Source: a virus (taxonomy: Duplodnaviria; Caudoviricetes). Taken from it: a DNA stretch of 29,751 nt. The DNA is taken from the IMG/VR virus record IMGVR_UViG_3300033402_000047, positions 1 to 29,751 of that record. One strand, written 5' to 3'. How positions within the stretch are numbered: position 1 is the first letter of the stretch; each line of letters starts with the position of its first letter. Of this stretch, positions 24,992-29,751 are shown piece by piece. The notes beneath the pieces are model-generated. The model ran no database searches, was not told the origin of the DNA, and saw only the letters and a program-made list of their open reading frames with translations. Both the position numbers and the translations under genes were made by a program.

Positions 24992-25912
24992 TTAGCTCCC
25001 CAGGATGCCCGCCCCGTCGTCCCACGCCGCCAAGGTCGCCCAGCCGCCGATAGCCGGATTGATGGCCCCGAAGAAGATCCGGTCTATCGTGCCGAGATAA
25101 GCCGACTCGCCGTAGCTGCCGATGTTGAGCCAAAAGTGGCCGTTGTCCGAAATGTCGAAGTACCAGTTGCCGTCGTTCGGCCGGCGGATGCGGAACCACA
25201 TCCATTCCACCACGGGGCAATCGTAGGCCCCAACGATGTCGGGGAAGACATAGGAGTGAAGCTGGTCCCACTTGTTGACGTTGGCCTGCTTCTTGTGCGA
25301 CCAGTAGTTCTGGCACACGACCTTCCCTTGCGTGTCCATGACCCCGAGGGAAGCGCCCGACCACCACACATTACTGTTAGTCGAAGGCCCCATCGACACG
25401 CCGCGGACGGCTGCCGTAAGTTGCCAGGTCGGAGTCGTCGGTACAGGCCGGGTGAGCGCCGCATTTATCAGCGTGTTCGTCACCAGGACGATGCTGCTGC
25501 CGCTATCCGACTTGACGGCCCCGCCGCTGCCCCAGTCCTGCAACGTGAAATCGGCGGACGTGAGGATGTTTTCGTTGGCGTCGATGATGCGGAAGGCCGG
25601 CCGGCCGCCGTCGAGGAGCGGGTCGTTGTCCTGGCAGTACCGCTGCAGGTCCCCCTGCGTCAGCAGTTGATAGACGCTGACGCCGCTGGCGTGCCCCACG
25701 TTCGTCGTGCCCTCTTGAGCGCGCACCACGGTCAGGGTGTTGCCCGACCGCGCCGTGCAGAGCACCAGTTCGCTCTCGATCAGGAGGCGGAAATCGCCAG
25801 CGCTGGGAAACACTGCGCCATTGGCCACGGCAATCGACGTATCCGAAGCGCCAATCGCCCCGTTGAGGGTCGTCTGGGCATTGTTCACAAGCTCTTCGCG
25901 GCGTTGAGTCAT
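24992..25912 (-). CDS. Putative receptor-binding/tail-fibre protein, paralog 3 (lectin-like beta-sandwich C-terminus)
   Basis: Shared N-terminus (FPSAGDFRLLIESELVLCT..SGNTLTVVRAQEGT), WFRIRRPNDGNWYFDISDNG and end AWDDGAGILGS. Confidence 0.75.
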   Translation of the reverse strand: MTQRREELVNNAQTTLNGAIGASDTSIAVANGAVFPSAGDFRLLIESELVLCTARSGNTLTVVRAQEGTTNVGHASGVSVYQLLTQGDLQRYCQDNDPLLDGGRPAFRIIDANENILTSADFTLQDWGSGGAVKSDSGSSIVLVTNTLINAALTRPVPTTPTWQLTAAVRGVSMGPSTNSNVWWSGASLGVMDTQGKVVCQNYWSHKKQANVNKWDQLHSYVFPDIVGAYDCPVVEWMWFRIRRPNDGNWYFDISDNGHFWLNIGSYGESAYLGTIDRIFFGAINPAIGGWATLAAWDDGAGILGS

Positions 25913-25923
25913 GCGTCACCTCG

Positions 25924-26817
25924 CTAGCTGCCCAGGATTCCGGCCCCGTCGTCCCACGCGCCAATCGTCACGTAGGCCCCTGCGCCGCCCATGTCCATGT
26001 GCCCGCAGAGAATCCGGTTCGGCGTGCCCAAGAAGGACGATTTGCCAAAGTTGCCGACTTCGAGCCAATTCTTGCCGTTGTCCGAAATCTGGAAGTGGTA
26101 GTTGCCGTCGTTGGGGTCCGTGAACCGCATCCAGAGCCAGTCTACGGAGAAAATGTTGAAGGGGCCGACAATATCCGGCGACACGTAGCCGCCGCTGCCG
26201 TTCTGGTGCGTTATCAGCAGCCCCGCCTCGCACGACCGGTAGCGCATAATCACGGATTGGTTGCCCGTGTCCAGAACGCCGATGCAGGCCCCGCCCCAAA
26301 ACGACTCGATGCTCGTGCCCATTGTCCTGACGGCCGCCGTCAACGTCCAGGGCGTGGCCGGGAGCGGGCGCGTCAGGTACGCGCCGCCGGCCCCGCAAAG
26401 CACGATGCTGTTCCCGAAGTCGTAGGCGACATTGCCGCCACTGTAGTCGAGCAGCGTGAAGTCCGCGGCACGGAGCCGGTTCTGGTTCGCATCCATGATG
26501 CGGAACGCATCGCGCGTCGTGTCGAACAGCGGGTCGTTATCGCGGAGATAGCGTTGCAAGCCGCCCTGCGAGACGACGTGGTAGACCGGCGTGGCGTCCG
26601 CGTGCGCAGCCGCCGTCGTGCCTTCCAGCCCGCGCACGACCGCCAGCGTGTTGCCGGAGACCGCCGTGCAGAGCAGCAGTTCGCTGTCGATCAGGATGCG
26701 GAAGTCGCCGCTGCTCGGAAAGACCGTGCCGTCCGCGACCGTCAAGGTAAGATCGCTGGCCGCCACCGCCCCATTGAGCGTCGTGGAACTGTCGTTCTTG
26801 AACTGCTCCCGTCGCAT
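25924..26817 (-). CDS. Putative receptor-binding/tail-fibre protein, paralog 2
   Basis: Collinear with its neighbours. WLWMRFTDPNDGNYHFQISDNGKNW; ends GAWDDGAGILGS. Confidence 0.75.
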   Translation of the reverse strand: MRREQFKNDSSTTLNGAVAASDLTLTVADGTVFPSSGDFRILIDSELLLCTAVSGNTLAVVRGLEGTTAAAHADATPVYHVVSQGGLQRYLRDNDPLFDTTRDAFRIMDANQNRLRAADFTLLDYSGGNVAYDFGNSIVLCGAGGAYLTRPLPATPWTLTAAVRTMGTSIESFWGGACIGVLDTGNQSVIMRYRSCEAGLLITHQNGSGGYVSPDIVGPFNIFSVDWLWMRFTDPNDGNYHFQISDNGKNWLEVGNFGKSSFLGTPNRILCGHMDMGGAGAYVTIGAWDDGAGILGS

Positions 26818-26827
26818 GTCTCGTCTC

Positions 26828-27727
26828 CTAAGCCCCCAAGAGGCCGGCCCCGTCGTCCCATGCGCCCAAGGTCGCCCAGCAACCGCTGCCCCAGGTGTCG
26901 ATCTGCCCGAAGCAAATCCGGTTCACGGTTCCCAGGAAGGCCGTTTTGCCGAAGCTGCCGACCTCCATGAAGCGTTTGCCGTCGTCCGAGAACTGGTAGT
27001 GCCAGTTGCCGTCGTTCGGGTCCACGATCCGCAGCCAAATCCATTGCGTGCCGGCGACCGGAAGCTGCGAAACGATGTCGGGCGGAACGTAGCCGCCGTT
27101 GCCGTCGTTCTTCGTGATGTGGAGCATCCGGCGATGCGCCAGCCAACGCACGGTCACGGTTTGATTGCCCGTATCCATCGTCCCGATGCACGCCGCGCCC
27201 CATGCCGCCTGGTTGGCGGTCCCCGTGCTCCGCACGGCCGCCGTCAGCGTCCAAGTGCTCGTGGCAGGAAGCGGCCGAGTCAAGAACGTGGTGCCGACAT
27301 TGAGCACGATGGACGTTCCAACATCCGCCGGTGCAGCGCCGCCCGCGTGATCGAGCAGCCCGAAGTTGGCCGCCAGAAGACGGTTCTGGTTGGCGTCCAC
27401 GATGCGGAACGGCGGCCGGTCGCTGTCCACGAGCGGGTCGTTGTCGCGGAGGTAGCGCTGCAAGCCGCCTTGGGTCAAGACCTGGTAGGCCGCCGCCCCA
27501 CTGGCGTGGCCGGCGGCCGTCGTCCCTTCCTGGGCGCGCGCCACGGTCAAGGTGTTGCTGGAGACGCCCGTGCAGAGCATCAACTCGCTGTCCACCAGGA
27601 CGCGAAAGAACCCGGTGCCCGGGAAGGCGGTGCCGTCCACGACCGTGATCGTCGTATCGCTCGCCAGCACGTCGGTGGCAAGATTCGACTGGCTATCGTT
27701 CTTGAATAGCTCGCGGCGCTGGGTCAT
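26828..27727 (-). CDS. Putative receptor-binding/tail-fibre protein, paralog 1
   Basis: Collinear with its neighbours. WIWLRIVDPNDGNWHYQFSDDGKRF; ends GAWDDGAGLLGA. Confidence 0.75.
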   Translation of the reverse strand: MTQRRELFKNDSQSNLATDVLASDTTITVVDGTAFPGTGFFRVLVDSELMLCTGVSSNTLTVARAQEGTTAAGHASGAAAYQVLTQGGLQRYLRDNDPLVDSDRPPFRIVDANQNRLLAANFGLLDHAGGAAPADVGTSIVLNVGTTFLTRPLPATSTWTLTAAVRSTGTANQAAWGAACIGTMDTGNQTVTVRWLAHRRMLHITKNDGNGGYVPPDIVSQLPVAGTQWIWLRIVDPNDGNWHYQFSDDGKRFMEVGSFGKTAFLGTVNRICFGQIDTWGSGCWATLGAWDDGAGLLGA

Positions 27728-27743
27728 GGCTCGGCTCCGAGGG

Positions 27744-27789
27744 AAGAAACAGGGTCAGGGGACCGGGCACGCTGCCCGGGCCCCGACCC
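27744..27789 (-). terminator. Intrinsic terminator or attenuator between the minor tail gene and the paralog cluster
   Basis: Minus strand GGGTCGGGGCCCGGGCA-GCG-TGCCCGGTCCCCTGACCC followed by TGTTTCTT. Confidence 0.6.
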
Positions 27790-27806
27790 ACGCGAGGGAG
27801 AGATCG

Positions 27807-28424
27807 TTACGCCGTGACGGTGTACGTGACCTTCAACTGGTCGCCGTTCTGGACCGCCACGTCGCCGGCCGTGAAGGCAGCCGCCGCCCACAGGCGACCG
27901 CCGCTGGCCGCGTTGTCGCCTTTCGTCTGGCAGCCAGCGGCCCCGCCCACGATGAACAGGCCCTTCACGGTGCCGCTGTTGGTGATGTCGAACACTGCCG
28001 TGGTCGCGTTCGTGACCTGGGCGACGTGCGTGTTGACGGTCGCCGCCCCGGCACCCCACGCCGGCCGCGTGGACGCGCTGTTGCTGTTGCCGTCGTCGGT
28101 GTAGTTGGTGAACTCGGTCCAGCCGTTCGTGCCGCCGATCTGGGCGTAGCAGTCGGCCTGGGCGTAGGCCGTGAACGAGGCGCTGGACACGAGGCCCATC
28201 CACCAGGAGGTGATCGCCGTGCCGCCGTGGAACATCACCTCCAAGAGCCGCTGCCGGCCCTCGTCGGTAATGTAGTTGGGCATGGCGTACTCGGCGATCT
28301 TCCGGCCGTCGCGCCAGTGCTCGACCACGAATCGGCCGTGCGGCGTGAGTTGATCGGACGCCGGCTTCGCGGGACGCACCACTTCGACGCCGGCTGCGTG
28401 GCCTACATTCAACTTGCTCGTCAT
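27807..28424 (-). CDS. Minor tail/virion structural protein (205 aa)
   Basis: NYITDEG..LL...WWMGLV...RPAW...TNATTAVFDIT.SGTVKGLFIV...VQNGDQLKVTYTVT, a pattern common in phage tail modules. AAAGG RBS. Confidence 0.75.
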   Translation of the reverse strand: MTSKLNVGHAAGVEVVRPAKPASDQLTPHGRFVVEHWRDGRKIAEYAMPNYITDEGRQRLLEVMFHGGTAITSWWMGLVSSASFTAYAQADCYAQIGGTNGWTEFTNYTDDGNSNSASTRPAWGAGAATVNTHVAQVTNATTAVFDITNSGTVKGLFIVGGAAGCQTKGDNAASGGRLWAAAAFTAGDVAVQNGDQLKVTYTVTA

Positions 28425-28444
28425 GGAAGTTTGCCTTTCGGGGG

Positions 28445-29751
28445 TTAAAGAATCGAAGTGCCACGCCGCAACTCACGTCGCAGTTCGGTGGCGATGGACC
28501 TGGCCGTCTGGCGGCCCGTGTTGCCGCCTTCGACCGTCACGTTGATGTCACCGATGTTGGTGACGTGTCCCCCGTGACTGTGATACGAGGGCCGCACGCC
28601 CGCGTTCATCGCCGTCAACTGGGAGGCGAAGCGGCGAGTCGTCGCCGCACTCATTACCATTTCCCCCGGCGAGAGCATGGCCGGAATCACGTCCGTGCCC
28701 CGCGGGCGTCCGCCGCCCGCCAAGTAAGCCATGCCGCCGTGCGCGGCCGTCATTTCCCCGCCGATCTCCGGCATCGGGACTTCGGCCGCCGCGGACGCCA
28801 ACTCCTGCATCGCCGTGGCCGCGGACTCGATGCTCCGCTCGAAGTCCATCATCGCGTCGTTCGACGTGCGGATGGATTGCGAAGTCTGGCGGAAGCGGTC
28901 CGTGATGTCCTCGACCTGGCGGCCGGTCTGCGGCTGCAACTGCAACTGGCGCAGCCTTTCCAGGCCGCGGGTCGCGTCCTCCTGCTGCTGTTGGAACGGT
29001 TGCGAACGCAGGTTCCTGATCCGCTCGGCATAGTCCCACGCCTGCTTTAGCTCCTTGACCCACTCCTCCGCGGTCTGCACCGGCAAGCTCTGCGACCAGG
29101 TGGCGTTGGCCTTGAGTTTCTCCAAGCGATCCAACAGGGCGTCCAACCCTTTCACGTCAATTGACATCGGGTGCGCCCGCATCCATTCGACCTGCCCGCT
29201 GATTTTGGCGAACTCCTCCTGGGCCGTCTGGATCGACCGCACGCTGGTCGGGGCAAGTTGATTCACGCCCTCGGCAAGCGTCTGCCACAAGCTGATCCCC
29301 TTCGATTGCATGGCCGCCATTTCGCCGCCGATGCGGGCCTGGATCACGCGAATCCGCTCCCAGGCGTCGCGCTGGTCGTACAGGGCCGACGTGGCGGTCA
29401 CAATCGACGGAGCCAATTCCCGAATCGTCGTCTTGATGGCATCAAGCTGCTCTTGGTACGACTTGCCGGCCAAGATGCTCTTGTCCGTGACGAAGCCTTC
29501 CAGGCTGATCGAGCCCAGACCCGTGCTGATGCGCCGGTTGAGCTGGGAAAGCGTCTGGTCGGCGACGAACAGTTCCCGGACCTCGGCCTTGGTGGCGGCC
29601 CCTTCCATCGTCTCGCGCATCCTGCGCTTCATGGCGTCGAAGTTGAGCCAATCGGAAACCTCCCACTTCTTGCTGGCGAACATGAGGCCCTGGAACTCCT
29701 CCAGGTCCTTCTTCACCTGCGCGATCGCCTTCTCGCGGTCGGCCGTGGGCA
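28445..29751 (-). CDS. Tail tape-measure protein, C-terminal part (5' end outside the window)
   Basis: Long helical Ala/Gln/Glu-rich sequence ending in AHGG...GGRPRGTDVIPAMLSPGEMVM...TNIGDINVTV, typical of tape-measure C-termini. The frame is open to the window edge. Confidence 0.88.
   Translation of the reverse strand, partial: PTADREKAIAQVKKDLEEFQGLMFASKKWEVSDWLNFDAMKRRMRETMEGAATKAEVRELFVADQTLSQLNRRISTGLGSISLEGFVTDKSILAGKSYQEQLDAIKTTIRELAPSIVTATSALYDQRDAWERIRVIQARIGGEMAAMQSKGISLWQTLAEGVNQLAPTSVRSIQTAQEEFAKISGQVEWMRAHPMSIDVKGLDALLDRLEKLKANATWSQSLPVQTAEEWVKELKQAWDYAERIRNLRSQPFQQQQEDATRGLERLRQLQLQPQTGRQVEDITDRFRQTSQSIRTSNDAMMDFERSIESAATAMQELASAAAEVPMPEIGGEMTAAHGGMAYLAGGGRPRGTDVIPAMLSPGEMVMSAATTRRFASQLTAMNAGVRPSYHSHGGHVTNIGDINVTVEGGNTGRQTARSIATELRRELRRGTSIL

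Noticed and set aside
23153-25927. 924-aa plus-strand ORF (likewise 17414-19429, 527-1576, 5795-6892 and others)
   Set aside because: These are antisense shadows of well-supported minus-strand genes. They have Arg/Ala/Val-rich nonsense composition, as expected from GC-rich codon bias, and no motifs.
11888-27727. Diversity-generating retroelement or shufflon acting on tail or Cys-rich genes
   Set aside because: No reverse transcriptase or recombinase is in the window, and I saw no near-identical repeat pair differing only at adenines. The paralogs differ at all base types. A distant element outside the window cannot be excluded.
1-29751. CRISPR array, tRNA/rRNA genes, integrase/att site, IS element
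   Set aside because: I found no regularly spaced repeats, cloverleaf or rRNA signatures, or recombinase/transposase motifs by inspection.

Overview
A high-GC tailed-phage or prophage segment with no host housekeeping genes. A Planctomycetota-like host is only a guess. The left arm (1-7774, minus strand) holds DNA-metabolism and early genes: a truncated HTH-metallophosphoesterase, a signal-peptide trypsin-like protease, a SNF2-type helicase, an amino-methyltransferase, a degenerate ThyX-like protein and a ParB-family protein. A 78-bp palindrome separates this arm from a divergent plus-strand block (7921-14201): primase-helicase, DUF5664-type dNTP diphosphohydrolase, DEDDh exonuclease and three Cys-rich orphans, two of which share a repeated 4-Cys domain. 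The right arm (16726-29751, minus strand) is a tail module: tape-measure C-terminus, a minor tail protein, three tandem paralogous lectin-like proteins, a beta-helix tailspike, a discoidin/Dit-like fusion, a Dit-like protein, a 1003-aa tail-tip protein and small late ORFs. Where the arms converge sits a more AT-rich three-gene cassette (Mesh1/SpoT-like HD hydrolase, single-TM protein, P-loop nucleotide-kinase-like protein). It has its own sigma70-like promoter, and a promoter-led ~200-nt structured RNA candidate lies directly upstream. This cassette plus RNA is the best candidate for an undescribed system. All protein calls come from motif recognition by eye, with no database searches.
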